A stretch of DNA of 64,000 bases from Candidatus Latescibacterota bacterium (GTDB lineage Bacteria > Latescibacterota > UBA2968): NCBI GenBank assembly GCA_965222605.1, contig OZ244960.1, positions 1,824,001 to 1,888,000 on the forward strand, in the 5' to 3' direction. A program made the position numbers and the translations under genes. Under the pieces are notes generated by a model. That model did not search any database, was not told where the DNA came from, and saw only the letters and a list, made by a program, of their open reading frames with translations. Positions 20,466-30,765 of this stretch are shown here, one piece after another. Positions within the stretch are counted from its first letter, which is position 1. Every line of letters begins with the position of its first letter.

Positions 20466-23172
20466 TTGAATCTCCCTCTGAAAGCACAGCCAGATTATCC
20501 CGCAACTTCGATAGCGTCTCCCGATACTCGCGCTCGCGCTCGCGCTCTTTTGTCACGACCTCTGCAGGGGCATTGTTCAAAAAACCTGCATTGCTCAACT
20601 TCTTTTTTAATCCGCCCAGTGCCTTTTCCAATCCCCCAATCTCCTTCTCCAATCTCTGGCGTTCCACAGTGAGATCAATCACACCGGCCAGAGGTACGAA
20701 AATTTCCACATCGCCAACCACAGCACTCGCAGACGCTTCCGGGCGTTCCAAAGCCGCACCGAGGGTCAAATTTTCAATGCGCCCCAACGCCTTCATATAG
20801 CCCTGAACAGACGCCAAAATCGCACGCGTCTCCTCAGAACTCGTCTTACAAACCACATCCACGCGCTTGCCCGGTGGAATACGCATTGTACCTCGAATAT
20901 GGCGTACAGCACCTACCACATCCCGCATCAAAGCCATTTCTCGCTCGGCTGCTTTATCAAATTGCGTTTTGTCGCATTTGGGCCAGGACGCGACAATAAG
21001 TGCTTCGCCTTCGCGTGGAAATGTTTGCCACAACGCCTCAGAAATAAAAGGCGCGATAGGATGCAGCAGGCGCAACGTGCCTTCGAACACAACACACAAA
21101 ATCGACTGCGCGGTTTGACGGGCGGTTTGATCATCGCCATACAGGCGCACTTTCGCCATCTCCACATACCAATCGCAATACGCGCTCCATACAAAATCGT
21201 ACAGCGCACGCGCCGCTTCGTCAAAGCGATACGCCTCCAAAGCCTCTGTAACCTGCAACACCGTGCGGTTGTACAAACTCAAAATCCATCGATCAGAAAG
21301 GTCCGTAATCGGCTCGGGTGCCGTCTGCAACGCCGCATCGCGGATGTCGCGATCATCCAGATTCATTTGCACAAACCGCGCGGCATTCCAAATTTTGTTG
21401 CAAAAATTGCGACACATTTCGGCGATAGGCGAATCTTGCAACTTATTGTCCTTCACATCGGCATCAAACCGAATATCCTGCGCACTGCCGCATTGATACA
21501 AAAGCGACAGGCGCGTGGCATCTGCGCCATAGCGTTCGATCAATTCGCGCGGATCAATCCCAGTACCCAGCGACTTGCTCATGCGCTTGCCATCGCGCGT
21601 TTGCACTGTGGGATGAACCAGCACCGCCCGAAACGGAATCTCGCTCACAAATTCAACAGCCGTCATAATCATCCGAATTACCCACAAATACAAAATATCC
21701 CGCCCTGTAATCATCAAATCTGTCGGGTGAAACAGCTTCAAATCCTCTGTATCTTCGGGCCACCCCAGCGTTGCAAAAGGCCACAGCGCCGAGGAAAACC
21801 ACGTATCGAGCACATCCGGGTCTTGCGTCAACTGCTGGCTGCCACACGTTGTACACACTTCGGGAGGCTCTGCATTCACAATCACCTCACTGCAATTTTC
21901 GCACGTCCACACTGGAATGCGGTGTCCCCACCACAGTTGCCTTGAAATACACCAGTCGCGGATATTCTCCAGCCATGCAATCGAATATTCCCGAAACCTA
22001 TCCGGCACATAAGCGATCTTTTTTTCGCGCATCAGGGGCAAAATCAAATCGGCCAAATCGCTCATCGCCACAAACCACTGCTCCATTGGCATCGGTTCAA
22101 TCACCGTGCCACAGCGATCGTGATGCGGCACCGCGTGGGTATAATCCTCAATTTTTTCCATCAAACCCAAATTGCCGAGTGCCTCGACCACCGCCTTGCG
22201 ACACGCATACCGGTCCTGCCCGGCGTAAACACCCGCATTCTTCGTCATCTGGCCGCTCAGGCCAATAACCGCGATTTCGGGCAAATCGTGACGCTGTCCT
22301 ATCTCGTAATCATTGGGATCGTGTGCCGGCGTCACCTTCACTGCACCGCTCCCCATTTCCGGATCGGCATAGTCATCTGCCACAATGGGAATGGGGCGAT
22401 CCATAAGCGGCAACATCACCATTTTACCCACGGCATCTCGCCATCGCGCATCAGATGGATGCACCGCCACCCCGGTATCGCCCAGCATGGTTTCCGGGCG
22501 CGTTGTCGCCACAACCACATCGGGCGCAGCATCTATCCCTTTGTATCGAATATGCCACAGATGGCTATCAATCTCTCTTTCTTCCACCTCGAGGTCGGAA
22601 ATCACAGTGCCACACTGTGGGCACCAGTTCACCATGCGTTTGCCCCGATAAATCCAGCCCTTCTCGTAAAAACGCACAAATGTCTCCAACACCGCCCGAA
22701 CGTACTCCTCATCCATTGTAAACCGCTCGCGCGACCAATCATAACTACAGCCCAACTCGCGCAACTGTCGCAAAATTGTACTTCCGTATTTTTCCCGCCA
22801 GACCCATATCCGCTTCAACAAGGCTTTGCGCCCAATTTCGCGGCGCGTCTTTTTTTCGTTTTCCCAGATCTCCTGCTCTACCTTCATCTGCGTGCCAATA
22901 CCCGCGTGATCCGTACCGGGCAAACACAGCGTGCGAAATCCCTGCATCCGCTTGTACCGAATCACCGCGTCGTGAATCGCGTGCTGTAGCGCGTGGCCCA
23001 TGTGCAACTCCCCCGTCACATTGGGCGGCGGAATCGTCACCGTATAGGCGGGACCCGTCTCGCGAAACTCCGGGCGAAAATATCCCTTCCTGTGCCAGAA
23101 ATCATACCATGTCTTCTCAATATCTTTTGGATCGTAGGCACGCTCCAAAGCTTTATTCTTCATCGTCTCCAT
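20452..23172 (-). CDS. valS: Valine--tRNA ligase
   Basis: PPPNVTGELHMGH, DWCISRQLWWGH, RMSKS and a C-terminal coiled coil. Confidence 0.98.
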   Translation of the reverse strand: METMKNKALERAYDPKDIEKTWYDFWHRKGYFRPEFRETGPAYTVTIPPPNVTGELHMGHALQHAIHDAVIRYKRMQGFRTLCLPGTDHAGIGTQMKVEQEIWENEKKTRREIGRKALLKRIWVWREKYGSTILRQLRELGCSYDWSRERFTMDEEYVRAVLETFVRFYEKGWIYRGKRMVNWCPQCGTVISDLEVEEREIDSHLWHIRYKGIDAAPDVVVATTRPETMLGDTGVAVHPSDARWRDAVGKMVMLPLMDRPIPIVADDYADPEMGSGAVKVTPAHDPNDYEIGQRHDLPEIAVIGLSGQMTKNAGVYAGQDRYACRKAVVEALGNLGLMEKIEDYTHAVPHHDRCGTVIEPMPMEQWFVAMSDLADLILPLMREKKIAYVPDRFREYSIAWLENIRDWCISRQLWWGHRIPVWTCENCSEVIVNAEPPEVCTTCGSQQLTQDPDVLDTWFSSALWPFATLGWPEDTEDLKLFHPTDLMITGRDILYLWVIRMIMTAVEFVSEIPFRAVLVHPTVQTRDGKRMSKSLGTGIDPRELIERYGADATRLSLLYQCGSAQDIRFDADVKDNKLQDSPIAEMCRNFCNKIWNAARFVQMNLDDRDIRDAALQTAPEPITDLSDRWILSLYNRTVLQVTEALEAYRFDEAARALYDFVWSAYCDWYVEMAKVRLYGDDQTARQTAQSILCVVFEGTLRLLHPIAPFISEALWQTFPREGEALIVASWPKCDKTQFDKAAEREMALMRDVVGAVRHIRGTMRIPPGKRVDVVCKTSSEETRAILASVQGYMKALGRIENLTLGAALERPEASASAVVGDVEIFVPLAGVIDLTVERQRLEKEIGGLEKALGGLKKKLSNAGFLNNAPAEVVTKEREREREYRETLSKLRDNLAVLSEGDSNVER

Positions 23173-23210
23173 TACTCCTTATTAGCGGTCAGCCCTCAGA
23201 TCCTTCTTTC

Positions 23211-24734
23211 CTAAACCGAATAACTTCGCCACCCCTCATAAATCGTTCGCACAGATACTTTAATCACCGCTGTTGTGGGCACGGCCAATAACATGCCAAC
23301 TGCGCCAAACAATTCGCTGCCGACGAGCACTGCAAAAATGACGAGCAGAGGATGCAAATTAACACTGCGCGCAACCACTACGGGGGCGACAAACACATTA
23401 TCTACAATCTGTACGATGAGAAAAACAATAATCACTGGCAGAACCACGCCAAAACTCAGGGCAGAATATTGCAATACAGCGGCAATAACACCGGCAACAA
23501 TTCCAATTAAAGGTCCCAGATAGGGAATCACATTGGCCAAACCCGCGAGAAGGCCAATCACCAAAAAATGTTCCAGATCGATGATGTAAAGCCCGGTAAT
23601 TGATAAAAGCGAGACAATCATCACAGACAACACCATACCACGTATATAGCCGCCCAATTGCCCGTCAATGCGATATAACAAATTTAATACCAGCTCAAAA
23701 TATCGATTTGGCACCAACTCGATAATCGCGCGCTTAATCGTTCTGCCCTGTCCCAAAAAGAAAAATAACACAAAAGGCACAATAATGAAAAATGTAAGTC
23801 CCGATAGCAATTGTCCAACCAATCGGGGGGTCTCCTTAAACAAATCTGTGGCGATGCCCCGCAAACGCGCATTGATCGCATGTAACACATCTCTGCTTTC
23901 GAGCAGGGGCATCCATTCTTTGAGCATAGGCATCCATTTTTCGAATCTGGCATGAAAGGTTTCAATATAGGCTTTTACAAATACCAGATATCCCGTCTTG
24001 TATTTCCCAAACGTATGTTGTGTTGCCGACATTAAAATTTTAGATGTCCCAAATTGAACCGACTCCGTGGGTTCCATAGCCAATGAGTCTGAAACCGATG
24101 ATACACCCTCAATATTCCCTCTAAGTGTCAACACAATGGAATCTTCCCGCCCACCATAAAAACCGTACAATCTCAAAAACGCCTGGCGAGACTCATGCAC
24201 GTGTGGAGAAAATACCACACGCAGTGTGTCTCGTCCACCAACGACTTTTGGACTGGCCTGTGGAGGCCAGGAAAAGACAGCGGATTCCACGTCTCGCCCA
24301 CCGGGTGCCAATTTCAGGGGCAGGCCATCGACCTTAAAATCCTCGAGTTCGCTCTCAAAACGATCAATCGTCACCACGGCATCGCCCGTATTTTCCACCA
24401 CACAGTACCATGTGCCCTGCTCACCAATAATGCGCTCGACCATATCCTCGGTACTGCGCACAATCACAGGCGCGACCACAATGAGGGGAATGAACACAAT
24501 TGCAAAAACAGTGATCAAGACCACAACCACAGCGACCAGACGATTTAAGCGATACGACTCGAGCAAATCGACTAAGGGCATTAACAAATACGACAGCACA
24601 AACGCAAGAAAAAAAGGAGCCAGAGTACTCCGAATGGTATATAACAGCCAGATCATCACAACGATGAGGCCCAAAAAAATCACAATACGCAAAATCTGAG
24701 CCGTGCCCATGCCGCCAGAAGAGGGTTCATTCAT
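23211..24734 (-). CDS. AI-2E (PerM) family membrane protein with an enlarged soluble insertion
   Basis: PFFLAFVLSYLL.P, GYIRG, IPYLGP, LHPL and G..GMLLAVP motifs. Confidence 0.88.
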   Translation of the reverse strand: MNEPSSGGMGTAQILRIVIFLGLIVVMIWLLYTIRSTLAPFFLAFVLSYLLMPLVDLLESYRLNRLVAVVVVLITVFAIVFIPLIVVAPVIVRSTEDMVERIIGEQGTWYCVVENTGDAVVTIDRFESELEDFKVDGLPLKLAPGGRDVESAVFSWPPQASPKVVGGRDTLRVVFSPHVHESRQAFLRLYGFYGGREDSIVLTLRGNIEGVSSVSDSLAMEPTESVQFGTSKILMSATQHTFGKYKTGYLVFVKAYIETFHARFEKWMPMLKEWMPLLESRDVLHAINARLRGIATDLFKETPRLVGQLLSGLTFFIIVPFVLFFFLGQGRTIKRAIIELVPNRYFELVLNLLYRIDGQLGGYIRGMVLSVMIVSLLSITGLYIIDLEHFLVIGLLAGLANVIPYLGPLIGIVAGVIAAVLQYSALSFGVVLPVIIVFLIVQIVDNVFVAPVVVARSVNLHPLLVIFAVLVGSELFGAVGMLLAVPTTAVIKVSVRTIYEGWRSYSV

Positions 24735-24764
24735 GACTCGTCTTCCCCGTCCTCTTTTTGTTTA

Positions 24765-25690
24765 GAAGCTGTTTTAAAACTATTGTGAGTGAAGAAAAGG
24801 GTTGAAAAAGCGTATTCATCTGTCCAAATTTAGGTTAGCAAATCACCCTAAAAAGAAAGGACAAAGATGAATACGCAAAGGCAATATCCGACAAATGTCA
24901 CCCAAGCGCAATGGCAACTGCTGATCCCCTTGCTGCCCAAACGCAAATGGCGAAAAGGAGGTCCCGGACGCCCTCCTGCCAATTTGCGCCAAGTGTTCAA
25001 TGGCATCCTGTATCTGACGAAGACCGGCAGCCAATGGCGCATGCTACCCCATACCTTCGGCTGCTGGCAGACCGTGTATGGCTATTTCAATAAATGGCGC
25101 AAGCAAGGCATCTTTGAGCAGGTGCAACAGGCACTCACGCGGCGAGAAAGAAAACGGCAGGGACGTAAGCCTACCGCATCAGCAGGCTGCATTGACAGCC
25201 AAAGTGTCAAGACAGCAACACAAGGAAAATCAAAAGGTTATGATGCTGGCAAAAAGGTCAATGGACGCAAACGCCATCTTCTCGTTGATACCCTCGGACT
25301 CGTCATCAGCACCTATGTCTCGCCTGCTGATCTCCAAGACCGTGATGGCTTAAAGAAGGTGCTCAATCAGTATTTTGACACGGGAGAGACACGCTTACGC
25401 AAGCTATGGGTTGATGGCGGCTATCGAGGTGAAGACCTCAAGAAATGGGTCGCTGCTAAGAAGCAGACGCATAAGATTGATCTTGAGGTTGTCACCCCAA
25501 AAGGCAAAGGCTTTCAACTCGTCAAACGCCGGTGGGTCGTCGAGCGCACCTTTGCTTGGTTATTTAATTTTCGCCGACTATCAAAGGATTATGAAGACTT
25601 GACCGACAGTAGTGAAGCCTTTATTTACATCGTTATGATTTACCTCTTAATCAACAGACTCGCTTAAGCGAGGGGTTTTAAAACAGCTTC
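24765..25690 (+). mobile_element. IS5-family (IS1031-like) insertion sequence, 926 bp
   Basis: Perfect 16-bp TIRs GAAGCTGTTTTAAAAC (24765-24780 and 25675-25690) flanked by a TTA target duplication (24762-24764 and 25691-25693). Confidence 0.95.
24867..25667 (+). CDS. IS5-family transposase
   Basis: Intact single ORF: WRMLP, IDSQSVK, GYDAGKKVNGRKRH, VDGGY and RRWVVERTFAW. Confidence 0.97.
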   Translation: MNTQRQYPTNVTQAQWQLLIPLLPKRKWRKGGPGRPPANLRQVFNGILYLTKTGSQWRMLPHTFGCWQTVYGYFNKWRKQGIFEQVQQALTRRERKRQGRKPTASAGCIDSQSVKTATQGKSKGYDAGKKVNGRKRHLLVDTLGLVISTYVSPADLQDRDGLKKVLNQYFDTGETRLRKLWVDGGYRGEDLKKWVAAKKQTHKIDLEVVTPKGKGFQLVKRRWVVERTFAWLFNFRRLSKDYEDLTDSSEAFIYIVMIYLLINRLA

Positions 25691-26193
25691 TTAGCCGCCA
25701 GCTCATCTCGGGCAGCCTGCAAACTGTGATTGGTTTGCCGCAATCGCTCGGCGACAATCCGCGCGAGTTGAATGGCAATTTTTACCCCCAGATGCGGCCG
25801 CTGTTCCGCCAACTGGCGCAGCGCATCTCGCGAAAAAAGTGCCAATTTGGTATCTTCTACCACCACTGCTGCTGCTGTTCTCGGCGCATCTTCCAAAAGT
25901 GCAGTTTCACCAAAAAAGGATCCGGATTCAGATTGGGAAAGCAGCACTTTCTCACCGTCTTCGCCATCCTTCTGAATCACATCTACACACCCTTTTAACA
26001 CCACGTAAACCCCGTCTCCCGGAGCACCCTGTTCAAAAACTACATCGCCTGTTGAATACTTGCAAATTTTTAGAATTTGCACCACCGCCTGCAACTCTCG
26101 GCGATTCAGTTCCCGAAAGAGTGGAATAGCGCGCAATTTGGGAAATAGCGGCTTTTCGCGCTCTAACCATCGCTGTAAAAATCGATTCATCAC
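25678..26193 (-). CDS. Cyclic-nucleotide-binding domain protein; its last codons and stop are supplied by the IS end
   Basis: IPLF..L, FEQG, FFGE.ALL and PRTA motifs. Confidence 0.88.
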   Translation of the reverse strand: MMNRFLQRWLEREKPLFPKLRAIPLFRELNRRELQAVVQILKICKYSTGDVVFEQGAPGDGVYVVLKGCVDVIQKDGEDGEKVLLSQSESGSFFGETALLEDAPRTAAAVVVEDTKLALFSRDALRQLAEQRPHLGVKIAIQLARIVAERLRQTNHSLQAARDELAAKKLF

Positions 26194-26198
26194 AAATC

Positions 26199-26984
26199 CT
26201 ATACCCCTGCGCGATACGGCGCCACAGGTTCTGCTGCCCTTAAGCGTTCAAAAAAATCCAGTGCCTTTGGACGATAGCGCGATTCAATGTGTTGATCAAA
26301 AAATGCGCGCAATATTCGCGTTACCTCTGTGCGGTTTACTCCCCGCAAGAGGGAAATATCAATGCGGTCGGGGCGCCCTACTTGTAGATGCGCCATAAAA
26401 TTTACCGTCTCAAACTGCACGCGCATGCCCGCCCCTGCGTGCTTGCCACACAGTGTACCGCCCAGGCCGGGGCTGAACCCCAGGCGGTGCCCCTGGAGCC
26501 GAGCACCACATTGGACACACCCACTCATATGGGGGCGATAACCCACCGCACCCGCAGCGCGAATCTGGAAATACCACACCGGCACATCCAGCGCTATTTC
26601 AGCAATACCCCCTACCCATTGCATCGCTTCAAGTGCAATGCTAAACAAAAGTGGGTTGCGGTCTTCATCCTCAGTAATATAGTCCAGAAATTCGCATATC
26701 GCGCTTCCGGCTGCCATTCGACCGTAGTGTTGTTTTACCGGTTCAAAAGCGTGTACAATATCGCCTTCGCTCAATATTTGCAACTCTCGATTATCCTGCC
26801 GATAAAAAACATAGCGCCCCCATGTCATGGGTTCAAGGCTCGCGCCAAATTTGCTTTTGGGCCGTCGCGCTCCTTTGGCGACCAGACGCAACTTGCCGTA
26901 ATCGCGAGAAAACAGGACCACAACCTTGCTGCTTTCACTCATGCGAAAACCGCGCAACACCAACCCATCGGTCTGGCAAATCAC
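26199..26984 (-). CDS. recO: DNA repair protein RecO
   Basis: ESSKVV.LFSRDYGK..VAKGAR N-terminus and CVQCG Zn motif. Confidence 0.93.
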   Translation of the reverse strand: MICQTDGLVLRGFRMSESSKVVVLFSRDYGKLRLVAKGARRPKSKFGASLEPMTWGRYVFYRQDNRELQILSEGDIVHAFEPVKQHYGRMAAGSAICEFLDYITEDEDRNPLLFSIALEAMQWVGGIAEIALDVPVWYFQIRAAGAVGYRPHMSGCVQCGARLQGHRLGFSPGLGGTLCGKHAGAGMRVQFETVNFMAHLQVGRPDRIDISLLRGVNRTEVTRILRAFFDQHIESRYRPKALDFFERLRAAEPVAPYRAGV

Positions 26985-27349
26985 GGCGACTCCAATGCTG
27001 TTGGTGGATTGGGATAGATCATATAAATCGATTCATTGGGATACACCATGCCATAGCGCTCTCGGGCAATGCGTTCAATCTCATCCAAATTGTTTTCCAG
27101 CAGCTTCGCCTCGCGTTCCAACATCGCATTCTGCTGGCGAATAGTTGCAATTTCCCGTTTCAATTCGGCAATTTGCTGCTTGCGCATTACGAGTTGAAAA
27201 AATCCACTGTCTCCTACAACAAATAAATAAACGGAAAGCACCACTGGTGCAAATATTAAAAATTTATTCAGGCGTCGCCCTGCACTTCCCGGTAATATTG
27301 GACTATTTTCCGGCAACACCGTACTTTGTCCCCGATAGAATGAGCGCAT
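26981..27349 (-). CDS. ftsB: Septum formation initiator FtsB/DivIC family
   Basis: TM helix, coiled coil and IERIARERYGMV.PNE. Confidence 0.85.
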   Translation of the reverse strand: MRSFYRGQSTVLPENSPILPGSAGRRLNKFLIFAPVVLSVYLFVVGDSGFFQLVMRKQQIAELKREIATIRQQNAMLEREAKLLENNLDEIERIARERYGMVYPNESIYMIYPNPPTALESP

Positions 27350-27374
27350 AACACAATCTCCAATGTCGGTTGTC

Positions 27375-28532
27375 CTACCTCCGATTTAACACAACCATAT
27401 CATCTCGATGGATAACCACCGCGCCATTGTTGATCCCGAGAATTTCTGCAACTTCTGGCGTTTTTTTTCCGCGAATACGTCGCACATCATCGGCGCCAAA
27501 TCGCGTTAAACCGCGCGCGATCTCAACGCGTTGTTCTGATTCAACGCCAATGAGTTCACCAACTTCAAAATCGCCAATAACGCGGATAATACCCGAAGGC
27601 AACAAACTTTTGCCCCCATCACTCAAAGCAACTACTGCGCCATCATCTACAACCACACCCCCTCGCTTTCGGGAATGCGCCAACCACAAATCTTTGCTGT
27701 TCAAACTGCGATTATCCGCCCCAAATAACGTGCCGCAATCTGCTCCATCCAAAATTTCGCGCAAACCGTTTGTACATCCATTTGCAATCACCGCCATCTG
27801 TCCACCTTGTATCACAGCCTCGGCTGCCCTGAGTTTTGTGCGCATTCCCCCGCGCCCCAGCGCACTTCCCGAAGACCCCACAGTGGCGTAGATTTCTTCA
27901 GGCATCCCGCGCACAAACCGAACCAATTGCGCGTTTGGGTCTTTTGCGGGATCACTTGAAAACAACCCATCAACATCGGTCAGCAACACCAGCATGTCCG
28001 CATCCACCAGATGCGACACCATCGCAGATAGGCGATCATTTTCGCCCACAGACAATTGCAATTCTTCCACCGCCACGCTATCGTTCTCATTGACAACAGG
28101 CACAACGCCATACCGAAACAATTGATCTAATGTATTGCGCGCATTCACATATCGCGTGCGATTGTCCAGATCATCCGATGTCAACAACACCTGCCCCACC
28201 GGAATACCGTGTGCCTCAAATGCCCGTTTGTAAGCATCCATCACCAATCCCTGCCCCACCGCAGCCGTAGCTTGCAAATCGGCCAAACGCCTCGGCCGAT
28301 TACTCAGCCCCAATTGCCCCATGCCGGCACCAACGGCTCCAGATGTCACAATTGCCACCTGTAAACCGCGATCTCTCAAACACGCCACATCAGCGGCCAG
28401 GCGGTCAATCACCGCAAGATTCAATGTATTGCCATGTGCCGTCACCACGCGCGTACCCAATTTTACCACCACCCGCCGCACATTGGCAAACAGAGCTTCG
28501 CGGTTGATTTCGTGTTCTTTCGTCCCACTCAT
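27375..28532 (-). CDS. proB: Glutamate 5-kinase
   Basis: VVKLGT, SGAV, NENDSV, GGMRTK and a PUA domain. Confidence 0.96.
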   Translation of the reverse strand: MSGTKEHEINREALFANVRRVVVKLGTRVVTAHGNTLNLAVIDRLAADVACLRDRGLQVAIVTSGAVGAGMGQLGLSNRPRRLADLQATAAVGQGLVMDAYKRAFEAHGIPVGQVLLTSDDLDNRTRYVNARNTLDQLFRYGVVPVVNENDSVAVEELQLSVGENDRLSAMVSHLVDADMLVLLTDVDGLFSSDPAKDPNAQLVRFVRGMPEEIYATVGSSGSALGRGGMRTKLRAAEAVIQGGQMAVIANGCTNGLREILDGADCGTLFGADNRSLNSKDLWLAHSRKRGGVVVDDGAVVALSDGGKSLLPSGIIRVIGDFEVGELIGVESEQRVEIARGLTRFGADDVRRIRGKKTPEVAEILGINNGAVVIHRDDMVVLNRR

Positions 28533-29326
28533 GTCAAATCAATTTCGATTTTGGGGCGCACTGGCACCCCGCGTTCTGCGAGATACGTTTTGACTTCCGC
28601 AATACTGTATTGATTGTAGTGAAAAATCGACGCAGCCAGTGCCGCGCTCGCCTTGCCTTCGGACAATACCGCGTACATATCCTCTGGCCCACCAGCACCC
28701 CCAGACGCTACAATCGGTACATCCACGCGCTCGGCAACCACGCGGTTTAGCTCAATATCGTATCCATCTTTTGTACCATCTGCATCAATACTGTTCAAAA
28801 CCAATTCTCCCGCGCCGCGATCCACCAGTTCTTCAGCCCATTCGAGGGCATCTCGTCCAGTATATGTGCGCCCGCCATTGATGACCACTTCCCAGCACAC
28901 ATCCTCTATTTGATCGGGATTTGGTCGTCGAATTGCATCTATTGACCCTACAATTGCCTGCGAGCCAAAACTTTCAGCCCCCTGCGTAATAATTTCAGGC
29001 GTGTGTATGGCCGCCGAATTGATCGACGCTTTTTCCGCGCCCCCTTCGATAATTGTGCGAATATCCTGATATGTGCGAACACCCCCGCCAACCGTAAAAG
29101 GAATAAACACCTCTTCAGACACACGACGCACGAGTTTGCCGACAATATCGCGCTTCTCCGCCGATGCTGTAATATCGTAAAACACCAGTTCATCTGCGCC
29201 TTCTGCATCATAGCGTCTCGCCAGCGCAATGGGATCGCCAGCGTCTTTATCGGCTGAAAACTTGACCCCGCGCACATTGCGACCGTTTTTTACATCTAAA
29301 CACGGGATAATTCGCTTGGCCAACAT
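28529..29326 (-). CDS. hisF: Imidazole glycerol phosphate synthase cyclase subunit
   Basis: [20 protein letters not shown] and ASGGAG. Confidence 0.97.
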   Translation of the reverse strand: MLAKRIIPCLDVKNGRNVRGVKFSADKDAGDPIALARRYDAEGADELVFYDITASAEKRDIVGKLVRRVSEEVFIPFTVGGGVRTYQDIRTIIEGGAEKASINSAAIHTPEIITQGAESFGSQAIVGSIDAIRRPNPDQIEDVCWEVVINGGRTYTGRDALEWAEELVDRGAGELVLNSIDADGTKDGYDIELNRVVAERVDVPIVASGGAGGPEDMYAVLSEGKASAALAASIFHYNQYSIAEVKTYLAERGVPVRPKIEIDLT

Positions 29327-29327
29327 C

Positions 29328-29930
29328 CTACACTTTCTCCGCAAAATTCTTTAAAATTTTCAAACCCGCATCCTGACTTTTCTCGGGGTGAAACTGCACA
29401 CCAAAAGCCCGACCATTTCCGGCAATTGACGCATAATCAATCCCGTAATCCGTCACCCCCACCACATCTTCATCGCGCTGGGACACCACAAAAAAAGAAT
29501 GGACAAAATAAAAATAAGACCCATCGGGCACGCCATCTAATAGTGATGTCTCGCGCTGAATTCGCACCTCATTCCACCCAATTTGCGGAACGCGCTGCCC
29601 TTCGGGAAAACGCTTCACTTTTCCCGGCAAAATGTCCAATCCCCTATGCTGCCCCATTTCTTCACTCTCGGCAAACATCAATTGCAATCCCAAACAAATA
29701 CCCAAAAAGGGTCGGCCTTCTAAGATAGCCCTTACAATGGGCGCAATCAATCCCGATGTTTTCAGATTGTTCATCGCATCGCCAAACGCCCCCACGCCGG
29801 GCAGCACAACGCGCTCGGCGGCATCGATATCCTCGGGTCTATCGACAATAACAGCCTTCGCCCCAACGTGTTCAAACGCCTTTTGGACACTTCGCAAATT
29901 CCCCATCCCATAATTGACAATCGCAATCAT
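29328..29930 (-). CDS. hisH: Imidazole glycerol phosphate synthase glutamine amidotransferase
   Basis: GNLRSV, PGVGAF, GICLG and QFHPEKS. Confidence 0.97.
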   Translation of the reverse strand: MIAIVNYGMGNLRSVQKAFEHVGAKAVIVDRPEDIDAAERVVLPGVGAFGDAMNNLKTSGLIAPIVRAILEGRPFLGICLGLQLMFAESEEMGQHRGLDILPGKVKRFPEGQRVPQIGWNEVRIQRETSLLDGVPDGSYFYFVHSFFVVSQRDEDVVGVTDYGIDYASIAGNGRAFGVQFHPEKSQDAGLKILKNFAEKV

Positions 29931-29931
29931 C

Positions 29932-30738
29932 TCATTCCCCCAACGCGCTCGACCGCTCTGTCGCAGCCAAAACAGCATCCATCAAAGCGGCGCGCAAACC
30001 GCCCTGCTCCAACGCGTGCAAACCCGCAATAGTCGTCCCACCCGCCGACGTCACCCGATCTTTCAAAATTGCCGGATGTTCGCCGCTCTCGGCAACCATA
30101 CGCGCCGCCCCCAACACGGTCTGCGCCGCCAGTGTCAACGCCATATCTTTTGATAAACCCGACCGCACCCCACCATCTGCCAGCGCATCGATTATCGCGT
30201 ACACATATGCAGGCCCGCTGCCCGCAAGACCAGTCACCGCATCCATCTGCGATTCTGAAACAACGACTGCCGCGCCAACTGCGTTGAACAAAGACAGCAC
30301 CAGACTCAGGTGATCTTCACCCACATGCGTGCCAGCACATACCCCCGAACCCGCAGCACCGACCTGCGCCAGAATATTGGGCATCACGCGAACGACGGGC
30401 AATGAACCCAATTCCGCTTCCAATGCTGCAATTCGCACACCCGCCATGAAGGAAATAATCACCTGATCACCGTGCAACAAATCCCGAAATCCCACAACGG
30501 TTTGCTTCCAGAACTGCGGCTTCACACCCAACACCACAATATCCTGATGGCCCACTACTTCGCGCGCATCCACTGCAACATGGATCCCCAACTCGCGCCT
30601 TCTCTGATCCAATACCTCAGCAATCAGATCCACCGCCGTGATATTTTCAGGCGCGATCTCTCCCGACCGAATCCAACCGGCCATTAGCGCGCCCCCCATA
30701 TTGCCTGCACCAATAACAGCAATTTTTTTATTTTTCAT
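29932..30738 (-). CDS. proC: Pyrroline-5-carboxylate reductase
   Basis: GAGNMG, RVMPN, GSGPAY and VTSAGGTT. Confidence 0.96.
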   Translation of the reverse strand: MKNKKIAVIGAGNMGGALMAGWIRSGEIAPENITAVDLIAEVLDQRRRELGIHVAVDAREVVGHQDIVVLGVKPQFWKQTVVGFRDLLHGDQVIISFMAGVRIAALEAELGSLPVVRVMPNILAQVGAAGSGVCAGTHVGEDHLSLVLSLFNAVGAAVVVSESQMDAVTGLAGSGPAYVYAIIDALADGGVRSGLSKDMALTLAAQTVLGAARMVAESGEHPAILKDRVTSAGGTTIAGLHALEQGGLRAALMDAVLAATERSSALGE

Positions 30739-30765
30739 AGCAATCAGCTTTTTTTTCTTACCTCA

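Noticed and set aside
20899-21945. Long antisense ORFs (also 33822-34922, 61294-62406, 30880-31671 and others)
   Set aside because: They are shadows of valS, metG, topA and ilvE, with no motifs or RBS.
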